A DNA stretch of 64,000 nt from Owenia fusiformis (Eukaryota): positions 46,624,001 through 46,688,000 of the forward strand of contig CAIIXF020000001.1 in the NCBI GenBank assembly GCA_903813345.2, in the 5' to 3' direction. A model generated the notes under the pieces. That model was not told the DNA's origin and searched no databases. It saw nothing but the letters and a program-made list of their open reading frames with translations. The translations under genes and the position numbers were made by a program. Shown in pieces: positions 50,971 to 62,800 of this stretch; the first letter of the stretch is position 1, and each line of letters starts with the position of its first letter.

Positions 50971-52252
50971 AAATAAAAGCAGATCTTCTTCTTCAGTTAC
51001 AACTGTACATTCTTTAAAATGAACTGCAGCTCATTCTATTGTGTTGCTACCAACGTGGGGTTTAATAATAAAAAAAATTAAGAAAGCTGTATGAGGCCTC
51101 TTTCAGAGGGCGTGCTAGTTTTTTCCTCTTGTGTTGATTATAATTAACAGATTTCTCTAATTTGAAACAAGGATGTTGTTTTTCATCAAATTATAATTCC
51201 TTGCATGCGTTTGCTAATATCCATATCAATATTGCTACTCCTCTATGTCTTGAATCTATGAGTTCATTTATCATTTCACTATTGTCTGTGTAAATGTTTC
51301 TTGAAAGAATAATGTCTGTTTTCTATGTTTCGGTATCATCATTTAATCCCCTAACACTTAAAATTTAAAGATCTGCATTTGTTTGTCATGTAATTATTTT
51401 GATTTTAAATAAGCTTATTACTTTTCATTGATAATATTGCTCGTTTTAACCGTGCATGCTTTAATAGAATATTTTACATTAGTACACATTTAAGAGTGTT
51501 AACATCCCGGGGTTAACACATCATTACGCTTTGTGTAAATTCCATTTATTAAATACAATATATCTATTTTATTTTTCGACATCGATCAAAATTTACAAGA
51601 CAATTAAAAATATCATAAACAAACAGAAATATTTACACAAGTTCCATGAAAATATTTTATTACGTACCATATTAACACTTTGAAAAATGTTAGCTTGAAA
51701 TAAAGTAATAAAATATGCCAGTATGGTATTTCAATGGGGACACCTAGTTGTGGGGCACCTAGGTGGTATTTAGTACAACCCTGTCTTTTTGCATGACATT
51801 GTGCTCTTTCTTTCCCTTTATTGTTTTAGGGGTTTCTAGATGTTCATTCATTTTATTCTGGATATTTTTCACTAATAGGACAACCAAAGACTTTATAAAG
51901 ACAAACTAAAAAGTAAAACCAATATGAATTGTCATAGAGGATTTCAAATGAGCCACAAGACAAAACAGCCTTAATAAAAAATAGGAATGGCTTGATTAGC
52001 ACATCTGTACTTCAATTAGCAATTAAAACAGTAGGGGATCTACCAGAACCATATATATTATAAATCGCTCACTCGTTTGCTCACGTAACAGTCATATTCG
52101 TTTATTAATCACGCAAGCATCATTTCAAAAAATCATCCAATTGAAACACCGCATGCAGAGTGCATTCTCAGGAATCTCATCAGTTCTATTCCATAAGAAT
52201 ATTGTTTTTAAGGATTTTTAAAACCAACGAATATCTATAGCCTGGAAACAAA

Positions 52253-53569
52253 ATGACTGAACGAGGTATTACGGACATTGCTTTCACAATTGTTGAAAAT
52301 GTTACAGTCGTCAATTGCAAGCAAATGCTTGATGATAAGAGCGACAAATATGGATGTAGACATTATTACAGAACTGCATCTGCGGCTGTTATTACATTTT
52401 GTTGCATAGCTATGTACATTCAAATAAACTGGCTGTTTCTATCATACAAAGGAAAAAGATTGCATATACGAGAGAATACATTTCATTTTGTACAAGTTTT
52501 CGTTCATATTTGCGGCATACTCAAAGAATTCATAATAAGCATTCTTGTGGCCTTGGATTTTAACGAATGCACCTTGCAGGGAGTTTTTACTTGGAGGAAA
52601 TATTTACCAATATGTAGGCTGAGTATGAAATGCCTTTGTTTGATTGGAATTATTAGAATGGTGAAAGTTACTCAACCGTACAGACGGATTCCTTGGTGGA
52701 TAATTTGTGTCATGTCAGTCATAGTGTGTCTATACTGTGTAATACTTGTCATAATACCAGACAACAATGGCCTTGTTTGGGTGGACAATGTAGCTGACAT
52801 ATGCTGTTTTGGTCTCACGGTAATTGTACATTCTAAGATGGTATGGTCTTTAAGGAAGAAGATTTTTACTGTACATATTCAGCCTAATGTTAAAAGCAGA
52901 GCAAAACAGTCAAATGTGCAGCCACCATTTGATGCATTCCAGGTTTGTAAGCTTGATAACATGCACGATGATATACAAACTAACACTGTTGATGCATTCC
53001 AGATTCATATAGACTTGAATGAATTAGAAAATAATGAAGCACGTTCCAAAGAACTTTCAAACGAAGAGCCACAAGATAAAATAATCAATGATATTAAGGC
53101 GACATTCAATAGTTTTGTAAAAGTAAATGTAGAACAAGGGATGAATAAAATTTGTCCCAAATATGAGAATAAAACGGCCGAGTGTTTCAAAGTCAAAAAC
53201 TGGAATAAGAATAAGATTTTTCCATTTTCTCCATCCAAGCCTTTTAGAGGGCATCGTCAAAATCAACAAGAGCAACTTAGTATCATCCACCCTTCTCGCC
53301 AAAAAGATCTCATTTGGGAATACAAGTTGATTGCCAGCGAAGTTATTGTCTTGCTTATCGCAGCATTTTTCCACCTGGTAGTACAGATAACATTTCGAAT
53401 GAATGACAGCCAACTGTTCCATTTCTTATATTCAATATTTGTATTGTGTCTTTACAGTGCCATCAAATGTTTGAAGTTTCTCACCAGTAAAGCTTTACGT
53501 CATGAATTTATCAAATTTTACTCGAAGAAGAGTTTGCAAAAGGATTCAGTACATGTAGTTGTACCCTGA
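52253..53569 (+). CDS. Intronless, divergent rhodopsin-like 7TM receptor (438 aa) nested antisense in a ZSWIM-like intron
   Basis: Long ORF in AT-rich DNA with seven hydrophobic segments; LCLIGIIRMVKVTQPY at the DRY position; basic end of TM5 (SKMVWSLRKK); long third loop; YSAIKCLKFLTSKALRHEF at the NPxxY/helix-8 position; AATAAA signals at about 53589-53710. Confidence 0.7.
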   Translation: MTERGITDIAFTIVENVTVVNCKQMLDDKSDKYGCRHYYRTASAAVITFCCIAMYIQINWLFLSYKGKRLHIRENTFHFVQVFVHICGILKEFIISILVALDFNECTLQGVFTWRKYLPICRLSMKCLCLIGIIRMVKVTQPYRRIPWWIICVMSVIVCLYCVILVIIPDNNGLVWVDNVADICCFGLTVIVHSKMVWSLRKKIFTVHIQPNVKSRAKQSNVQPPFDAFQVCKLDNMHDDIQTNTVDAFQIHIDLNELENNEARSKELSNEEPQDKIINDIKATFNSFVKVNVEQGMNKICPKYENKTAECFKVKNWNKNKIFPFSPSKPFRGHRQNQQEQLSIIHPSRQKDLIWEYKLIASEVIVLLIAAFFHLVVQITFRMNDSQLFHFLYSIFVLCLYSAIKCLKFLTSKALRHEFIKFYSKKSLQKDSVHVVVP

Positions 53570-54934
53570 AAGTTTTTGCTAAGTATATAATAAATAGAAT
53601 TACACATACTGGTATTTATCATTCTCTAGCATGCTGTATATAATAAAGGCTAGCACAATTATGAATAAAAGAACATATTATTGTAAAATCTGTAGTTTTC
53701 ATCAAATAAAGTATTATATGCACTGTGGAGATAACTGTAGAAAACTGACATGGCAAAGAATGATATGAGCCAAAAATATTCATTGACATCGCTTGCTAGA
53801 TCTGATACTCACTTTAATTTAATATGGAATAAAGCAGAGTATTTTTGTTTCACAGTAATGGACTCTGTATGAAAGCATTATGGGCAAAACAGGAGTTGGA
53901 ATTAAAAGGACACTAGATTCTCCTCTTGTGTTTGTAAAGATGACACGATAACTTTATCCAAGGTCCCATCGTCATACATATAGTATGTACTTCGATTTGA
54001 GTTTAGAATTGTGAGAAAAGGACCCAATGATAAATATTTACTGGGAGGATCCATCTAATTACAATATGTGTCATTTTTTATGCCGTTAGTACTCTATTAT
54101 CACCCACTTATTTCATCAGAAATTTGAACCTTTTTCTCATATATTCACTATTCCTTGGACATTTCTCAATATTTCTTGAACTTTGTGAAGTGGCGTGGAT
54201 GCTTATTAGAGAGTGTGTGCTAATCGCAGAGAATATTATATAGTAAACATATTACATAGTAAACATTGAATTGGTTAAGGATGTGTATTAAATAAGTCAA
54301 TGTAGTATTTATAACAGATGTATGTTTAATGAAAAAATAAATGTATAAAAATAATAAAAAAAAATATTTGTACATATATTGGTGTTATCTGATAATTATG
54401 ATTTGTCACTTTTGATTTCATTCAACCTATATAGCACAACATGACCAACATGTCTTGGAAGTCAATTTTGATCCACTGGAGACCATACAAAATGAGTGAC
54501 TCCCATCAAAAGCTCCATCTTATTTTCAATGTAACCTTTGGGGGCATCTTTAGGTTTTCGAGGTAACAAATTCTTTATATAGCATGCCCAAAATCTAATC
54601 AATTTTATGTATTTTCAACACAGGAACATCCCTGAACAATCCTATTCCACTGACCCAGCTGAAAACAATACCACATCTTTGCTAAGTATGATAACAAGAA
54701 GGTTTTAATTATAATAGATAGCTCAACTGCTTTAGAGCGTTCTCTTTAAGAAACAATTGTTAAGGTGCTAATGTGGCTGACTGGTTTTGGTTTAAATTGA
54801 CCTTAAAATTCAACAATCTAATTCTGCATCAAGCCCCTGTAAAATTCTCCATTTAAACAACTCAAGTGATGTAAATTATGGGGGGGGGGGTGTTCCAGAG
54901 GCCTGATACATGCAAGATTACGAAAAGAACATAC

Positions 54935-55068
54935 CTAGAAAGTTCAAGACCTTGTAGTGAGGCCCTTATGAAGAAATTGAGATCAATCACGTGCATATTG
55001 TCGTTAGCGAAGCCCTCAGATCTGAATGCTACGTCACACAGGTAGATTATACAGTATGTTATCTGCTC
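54935..55068 (-). CDS. ZSWIM-like gene, internal exon (further upstream exons not located)
   Basis: Not in the ORF track. 134 nt, tttcatttcag acceptor, AG|GTATGT donor; encodes EQITYCIIYLCDVAF...RASLQGLELS(R); phase 2 fits the next exon. Confidence 0.8.
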
Positions 55069-55428
55069 CTGAAATGAAACAAAGGAAACACTATACTTCC
55101 TTAGTCACCACATACACAGGGAGATATGCCGAGTACTTAAATAGTACTCATGGCGCTAATTTCGTACTTATTTCTGTAAATATTAGTACTGATTTATTGC
55201 ATGTTATAGTAATAAAGGAGTACTCATATGATGAGTGATGAAATATAATTTCACTGATTTTTAAGCGCTAAATTAGTACTAATATCTCATGAGTGATAAA
55301 ATAGTACTAATGAAAATGATTTTCAGCCCTAAATGAGTACTCATATTATGAATTAGTACTAAATTAGCACTGGTGGCATGAGTGCTCATGAGTGCACTTT
55401 TGCCAGAGTGCTAATTTGGTACTAATCT

Positions 55429-55631
55429 CAGGCCCGTAGCCAGGATTTGCCAAGTTCAGTTTTCAAAAACTTCCAGGGGGTTCACATTTGACAATTTTGG
55501 CCCAAATATGGCTAAAATCACTTGAGAAGTGCTCAAAATGGTGAAAAACTGCATGATTTTGAAAGAAATTTTAGCCAGGGGGGGGGGTGACCCTGTGAAC
55601 CCCCCCCCCCCCCCCCCTGGCTACAGGCCTG
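55429..55631 (+). mobile_element. Short MITE (hAT-like CAG...CTG ends)
   Basis: CAGGCCCGTAGCCAGG / CCTGGCTACAGGCCTG; second partial copy at 5048-5212. Confidence 0.75.
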
Positions 55632-56283
55632 AGATTTGTACCAATAGAGTAATATAATAAAGTATCAACTTGTAATTTTTAAGTTAATTCATACTCCAGT
55701 AAAAACATCAAAAATAAATGAAAAGTGCAATACTAATTTAACCTTAGTGCAACAAATATATAATGATGTGTTAAAGACAGTGGAAAACATGTAAAAGTCA
55801 CTATTTGTACCCCCTGGTCTTATTTTAAGAGGGGGTACTATGATAAGCATTTATATTTTCTGTTGTGTGCCTCCAATCACATTCAAATTTGAATGATTAG
55901 TATGTATGATTAGTAGTCATGGAAAGTTTGATCTTCATTGGTCAATTGGTTACGATGGCAACATAATTTAATTGCAAAATACTGAAGATATTAAGGATAA
56001 ATCAACTGTTTCTCTACAAACAGATGGTAGTTTGTCATTTTTAATTTCTTGAAATGAACGCAAAGTTGAGCTTAATACATATTGAAGGAGTTTACAAGAA
56101 AACATGATAAAAATATGAATAGGTTGACATATTTGGCTTTGAACCCTATTCATGTTTGATAACTACTGCTCGATTTACCACAAAGTAGGCGTGGCAATTT
56201 TTGTTATTTCAAAATAATTTCATGTTGACAGAATCATATTTACAAGGGTCATTGATACATATGTTATTATCTGATATGGTGAG

Positions 56284-59046
56284 TCAGATTCAGATTCAGA
56301 TTCAGATATTCATTACTATTTTGAAAATTATATATGACATTCAATACAACATGACGCTCTCAAGAGCATATATGTTGGTTTTAACTGGACAGAAATGGGT
56401 CAGTGACACCAACAGGTAAGACAAATAAAAATGGAGTGGAGAAATACCTGAGGATGACACTGGCCCAAGTCTGTTGGAAATCATTTCAAAAATGTAAAAA
56501 ATATTAACACTCGGGGACAGAGACACAGGACACGAGAACGGGTAATTGCTGCTAAGTTTATAATATGTATATATATATAAGTTGATAAGACAAAATGTGG
56601 CAGAGTACAGATTTTCAATAGTAAAGACATTTTCAAATCTTTAAAACTATAAAAGTATGTCATTTATTTTATTTTGTTTGAACAAAGACTTAAAAATTGA
56701 GAGTGAGGCTGCTTGTCGAATATGATGAGATATAGAATTCCAGATTTGCTGACCTTGAACTTTCAGTGAATAAAGGCCAATATTTGTTTTGAACTTGAAG
56801 GCATGGATATCATGTGAATGTCTAGTTTGATACCGATGAATGTCAACATTTAATGTAAAATAGTTTTCAAAAATCTTGCGGTGGACTAATATATTGTTAT
56901 ACCAGCAATAAACAAAAATTCCAACATTTAATTGATAGATATCATGCATTGGAAGTATTCTAAATTGTTTGAATAGTGGAGCCGAGTGCTCAAACCTGTC
57001 TTTTCCTGCCATGAGACGAAGGTATGATTTTTGTAATTTGAGTAGTTTATCCAAAGCTGAATATGCTCCGGCCCAAATGATTGTGCAATAATTCAAGTAG
57101 GAATATATTAAAGAATTATAAATTGCTAACATACTTTTTATGTTTAGCAAGTATCTACATTTGAATGAGATTCCAATGGTTCTAGATATTTTTCTTTCTA
57201 CTTTTTTTATGTGACTTTTCCAGTCAAGGAATTCATCAAATGTTACTCCCAAAAAATTTATTTCATGAACCCTATCAATTTGTGTTCCATTTATAAATAT
57301 TTCAATTTGTTGACAAATCTTTTTTCGTTTTTTGGAGAAAACAATGAATTTTGTTTTTGAATAGTTTAAAGAAAGGAGGTTTGCTTTAAACCAGTCATCA
57401 AGAGTAATGAGTTCCTGATTAACAGTATTTACAAGTCTAGTTAAATTATGGTCAGAAGCTAGAAGATTAGTGTCATCTGCAAATAAAACAGATTTAAGAC
57501 TTTGTGACGCCGTGAACAGGTCATTAACATAAATGATAAACAAGAACACAAATGTGTACAAAATGTCCCCACCTATGGGTGATCCTGTCAAATGGTTATC
57601 CTAAAAATGAGTAGACAAGACTTTACTGACACAATTTGATGACGGAAAATCCAAAATGGCCACCTTAAAATTTACCTAGAATGCCAAAAAACTAATCAGA
57701 TCTAGATTTTCATACTAAGAATCATCCCTGAAAATTTGAAATTGATCTACAAAACGGTTCACCTAAAAACGCGTAGACAAGACTTTACGGGCAGGATTTT
57801 AAGACGGAAAATCCAAAATGGCTGCCTTGGCATTTATCCAGAATGCCAAAAAACTAATCAGATCTAGATTTTCATATTAAGAATCATCCCTGAAAATTTG
57901 AAATTGATCTACCAAATGGTTCACCGGGAAATGCGTAGACAAAACTCTACAGACAAGATTTTAGGACGGAAAATCCAAAATGGCTGCCTTGGCATTTACC
58001 CAGAATGCCCAAATGCTAATCAGATCTAGATTTTCATACTAAGAATCATCCCTGAAAATTTGAAATTGATCTACAGAACTGTTCACCTGGAAATGCGTAG
58101 ACAAGACTTTACAGACAATATTTTAGGACGGAAAATCCAAAATGGCTGCCTTGACAATTACCCAGAATGCCAAAAAACTAATCAGTTGTACATTTTCATA
58201 TTAAGGATCATCCCTGAAAAATTGAAATTGATCTACCAAACAGTTCACCTGAAAATGCGTAGACAAGACTTTACAGACAAGATTTTAGGACGGAAAATCC
58301 AAAATCGCTGCCTTGACATTTACCCAGAATGCCAAAAAACTAATCAGATCTAGATTTTTATACTAAGAATCATCCCTGAAAATCAAGAATTGATCCACCG
58401 AACGGTTCACCTGAAAACATGTAGACAAGACTCCACAGACAAGATTTTAGGACGGAAAAATTCAAAATGGCTGACAATAAAAAAGTGATCATGAGTTTTT
58501 GCTGATTTCTTTTTACAAAATTATCACATATAAATACTGTTAACAACAACATAGGCTTTAACAACAAAGTACATCTGAAATTATTTATAAAGCTACTAAA
58601 TAGTTAGAATATGAAAACTCAAAAACACCATTCAATATGATACAAAGTATTATCGTGCGCTAACTTTTCTTAAGACATTCAAAATGGCTGACATGACTGA
58701 GCTAACAGGTCCAAAACCTAATCAGATCTAGAATGAAGTGAGCTGAACAAGATGTTAAAGTTTTAAAAGCAACTGTGAAGCCGTTTTTCTTAAAGTTTGC
58801 AGACAAGGATTTTAGCATTTGACTTCAAAATGGCCGACAGGAAGTAGGTATCGAGTTAATTTTTTTTCATCCACATCTGTATGCACTCATAAGTTATCCC
58901 TGAAAATTTGAAGGTGATATCTGTAGCGGTTTTGGAGAAAACTCCCGGACGTACGGACGGACAGACGGACAGACGGACGGACACGCCTAGGCCGACAATA
59001 TGGCCCCACACTATGTGGTGGGGACATAATAAAAGTGGTCCCAAAT
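56284..59046 (-). mobile_element. 5'-truncated CR1/L2-type LINE, interrupted by the element at 57539-59028
   Basis: RT C-terminal half (FIIYVNDL, LFADDTNL, WFKANLLSLNYSKTK, FLGVTFDEFLDWKSHI) open to 56647; 3' UTR ends in (TCTGAA)n at 56284-56306; the missing LGPLL codons lie at 59029-59044. Confidence 0.9.
57539..59028 (+). mobile_element. HINE/pearl-like element with 162-bp core repeats
   Basis: Subterminal IR ATGTCCCCACC (57563) vs GGTGGGGACAT (59017); CGGAAAA marker at 57643, 57805, 57967, 58129, 58291, 58453; (ACGG/ACAG)n at 58947-58983; 3' hairpin; inserted at a T-run of the LINE. Confidence 0.9.
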
Positions 59047-59841
59047 AAACATGTTTTGTTAATTGGTTGCCATATTAACACAACATAATGTATGTAAAAG
59101 GGAGGTGGGTGGAGGTCATTTCAGGCAATCCATATACCTTAATAAATTGTTTGTTACATTCATTCTTATGAACTGTTTTACTGTATGACCTTTTTTTAAC
59201 AAAAACAAGTTTTGATGATATTGAGATGTGTTTGCAATGGTTACACATCAAATAATGCTGTTTGTTGAAATACTGCTCTGTTTGTCCATCTGCCCGCCCT
59301 TCTGTCTAAGCATTTCCTGACCCATTTATTAATCACAGATTGGTGTTATTGTGACAAAATGGTGATCCTTGACATCTTAGACTCTAGAAGATGTACCAAC
59401 TTAGACTCTGTAGGCTGTATCAATCTTAGATTATGGATGCTGTACCCATTGTAGACTCTGGAGGATGTACCCATTAAACACTAGATGCTAAGCCCTCTAA
59501 GACTCTAGACTTGACTCTGTAGTTCAATTTTTTTTTATTTGTGAATATTTACAACTGTTTTACTGGAGTATAAATAAGTATAAATAATATTGTAGCAGAA
59601 ATTCTTCCAGAATGTACAAATACTTTAGTCATGCACACAATAAATGCATTAAAATGTATAAAACACCTACAAATGATTTTAATCTATGGTAAGATTTATA
59701 TTTTGATCACTTCTCAACAGCAACGTAGTAAACAGACATATCCTGATTTATGGTACCTTGGTTGCTTCCTGTATCATGATTTGTCAGATGTTTCTTGATC
59801 AATTTATGTTTAAAAAAGAATTATGTTCAAAATACATTAAA

Positions 59842-62800
59842 AACTAGAGGTTTAAGATTGCAAGCAATCTTAAGGAGGCCCTGTAGGCGTTTTTGGCAAT
59901 TTCAAGGTCAGCCAAAGGTCAAATCTCAAATCTAGGGTCATATATTAACACCAGGCAACTTGTAGATGATTTTAAAAAAAAAGTTTGGTCAATTTGAAGC
60001 AAGTTGAAATTTAGTCTTGAAAAGTTTGGAAATTTGACCTTTTTTCAGTTTTTGAGTCCTAATATCTCAAAACTGGTACACAATTTTAATAAATAGTCAA
60101 TTGCTAATATGTGTAGGACCTATAGAGGAATATATATCCTGACTTTCATGAACAAATATTGATTTGTAGTCACCAAAACTTAGAAACTTCGAAAACACAG
60201 TTGGTGATTTAATTTGATGACCTTGACCTTTGATCTTGCAAATTTTACTTTAATTGACCTCAGTAGGTCTTTTGTGATCAAATATACCTAAATTTGAATG
60301 CAGAAAATCGATTCAAAAAATCAACTTTTTTTACCTTCCGAAGGTCACTGAAGGTCAACCAAAGGTCAAAGGTCAAAAGTAAGGTCAGATTTGGATTCCT
60401 GAGATCTTGTAGATGCTTTTTAAAAAAAAGTTCGGTCAATTTAGAGCAAGTTGAAATTTAGTCTTGCAAAGTTTCGAAATGTGACCTTTTTTCAGTTTTT
60501 GAGTTCTAATATCTCAAAACTGGTACACAATTTTAATAAATAGTCAATTGCTAATATGTGTAGAACCTATAGAGGAATATATATCCTGACTTTCATGAAA
60601 AAATATTGACTTGTAGTCACCAATTTTGAGAAACTTGGAAAACATAGTTTGTGATTTGGTATGATGACCTTGACCTTTGACCTTGCAAATTTTACTTTTT
60701 TAGACCTCAGTGGGTCCTTTGTGATCAAATATACCTAAATTTGAATCCAGAAAATCAATTTTAAAAATCAATTTTTTTTACCTTTCGAAGGTCACCGAAG
60801 GTCAACCAAAGGTCGGAGGTCAAAAGAAAGGACATATTTGAGTTCCTGAGATCTTGTAGATGATTTTTAAAAAAAATTCTGGTTCATTTGAAGCAAGTTG
60901 AAAAATGACCGATTTTTGCCGTTTTTTGACGTCAAATATCTCAAAAACGGTAAAAAATTAACGCGTACATATAGTGAGCAATTTGTAGAGAATGCTTATA
61001 TCTAGTTACATTTTAATTCCTCGCAAGAAATAATAAAGTATGAGGACGAAATCTGAGAAACTTAAAAAAAACTTTGATTTGACCTAGATTTTGACCTTTG
61101 ACCTTGACCTAGATAAAAAGTTCTTTCCCCCCAAGTTCAGCCAAGGTCCCTGGTAGGTGCATGTAGGAGATGGTTGAAAGGTAGTTGGAAGTAGGAGAAA
61201 AGGGTTTAGGAAGAATAAAGAATAATAACTAGAAGATTGCAAGCAATCTTACGGAGGCCCTGTAGGCATTGCCAATTAGAAGGTCAACTAAAGGTTAAAT
61301 ATCAAATTTAAGATCATATATGAACTCCAGACAACTTGTAGATGATTTTTAAAAAAGATTTGGTCGAATTAATGCAAGTTGAAATTTGACCTTGAAAAAT
61401 TCTGAAATATGACCTTTTTTCAGTTTTTGAGCTATAATATCTCAAAACTGGAGCCAAATTTTAATAGATAATCAATTGCTAATATGTGTAGAACCTTTAG
61501 AGGAATATATATTCTGACTTTCAGTAAAAAAATTGATTTGTAGTCTCCAATTTTGAGAAACTTAGAAAACACAGTTTGTGATTTAGTTTGATGACTTTGA
61601 CCTTTGACCTTGCAAATTTTACTTTTTTAGACCTCAGTGGGTCCTTTGTGATCAAATATACCTAAATTTGAATCCAGAAAATCAATTTGAAAAAACAACT
61701 TTTTTTACCTTTCGAAGGTCACCGAAGGTCAACCAAAGTTCGGAGGTCAAAAGTAAGGACATATTTAAGTTCCTGAGATCTTGTAGATGATTTTTTAAAA
61801 AAAATCTGGTTCATTTGAAGCAAGTTGAAAAATGACTGATTTTTGCCGATTTTTGCCGTCAAATATCTCAAAAACGGTAAAAAATTAACGCGTACATATA
61901 GTGAGCAATTTGTAGAGAATGCTTATATCTAGTTACATTTTAATTCATCGCAAGAAATAATGAAGTATGAGGACTAAATCTGAGAAACTTAGAAAACACA
62001 GTTTGTGATCTTGTTTGATGACCTTGACCTTTGACCTTAAAAATTTTACTTTTTTAGACCTCAATATATCTTTTCTGGTTGAATAAACTTTAATTTGAAT
62101 CCAGAAAATCGATTTGAAAAATCAACTTTTTTGACCTTTCGAAGGTCACTGAAGGTCAAGTAAAGGTCATAGGTCAAAACTAAGGTCAGATTTGAGTTCC
62201 TGAGATCTTGTAGATGCATTTTAAAAAAAAGTTCGGTCAATTTAGAGCAAGTTGAAATTTGACCTTGAAAAATTTCGAAATTTGACCTTTTTTCAGTTTT
62301 TGAGTTCTAATATCTCAAAACTGGAGCAAAATTTTAATAAATTGTCAATTGCTAATATGTGTAGAACTTTTAGAGGAATACATATTCTGACTTTCAGTAA
62401 AAAAAATTGATTTGTAGTCTCCAATTTTGAGAAACTTAGAAAACACAGTTTGTGATTTCGTTTGATGACCTTGACCTTTGACCTTGCAAATTTTACTTTT
62501 TTAGACCTCAGAAGGTCTTTTGTGAATAAATATAGCTAAATTTGAATCCAGAAAATCGATTTGAAAAATCAACTTTTTTGACCTTTTGGAGGTCACTGAA
62601 GGTCAATCAGAGGTCGAAGGTCAAAAGTAAGGTCAGATTTGGAATCCTGAGAACTTGTAGATGAGTTTTGAAAAAAAAATTGGTCAATTTGAAGCAAGTT
62701 GAAAAAAGACCTTTTTTGACCTTTTTTTGACCTTCAATATCTCAAATTCTAGGCAAAATTTCTCTAGACGGCAAAAGGCTAAGACTAATAGAATACTAAT

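Noticed and set aside
57541..57591. Apparent N-terminus of the 314-aa RT ORF
   Set aside because: These codons come from the inserted HINE, not the LINE; the ORF is a truncated remnant, not a gene.
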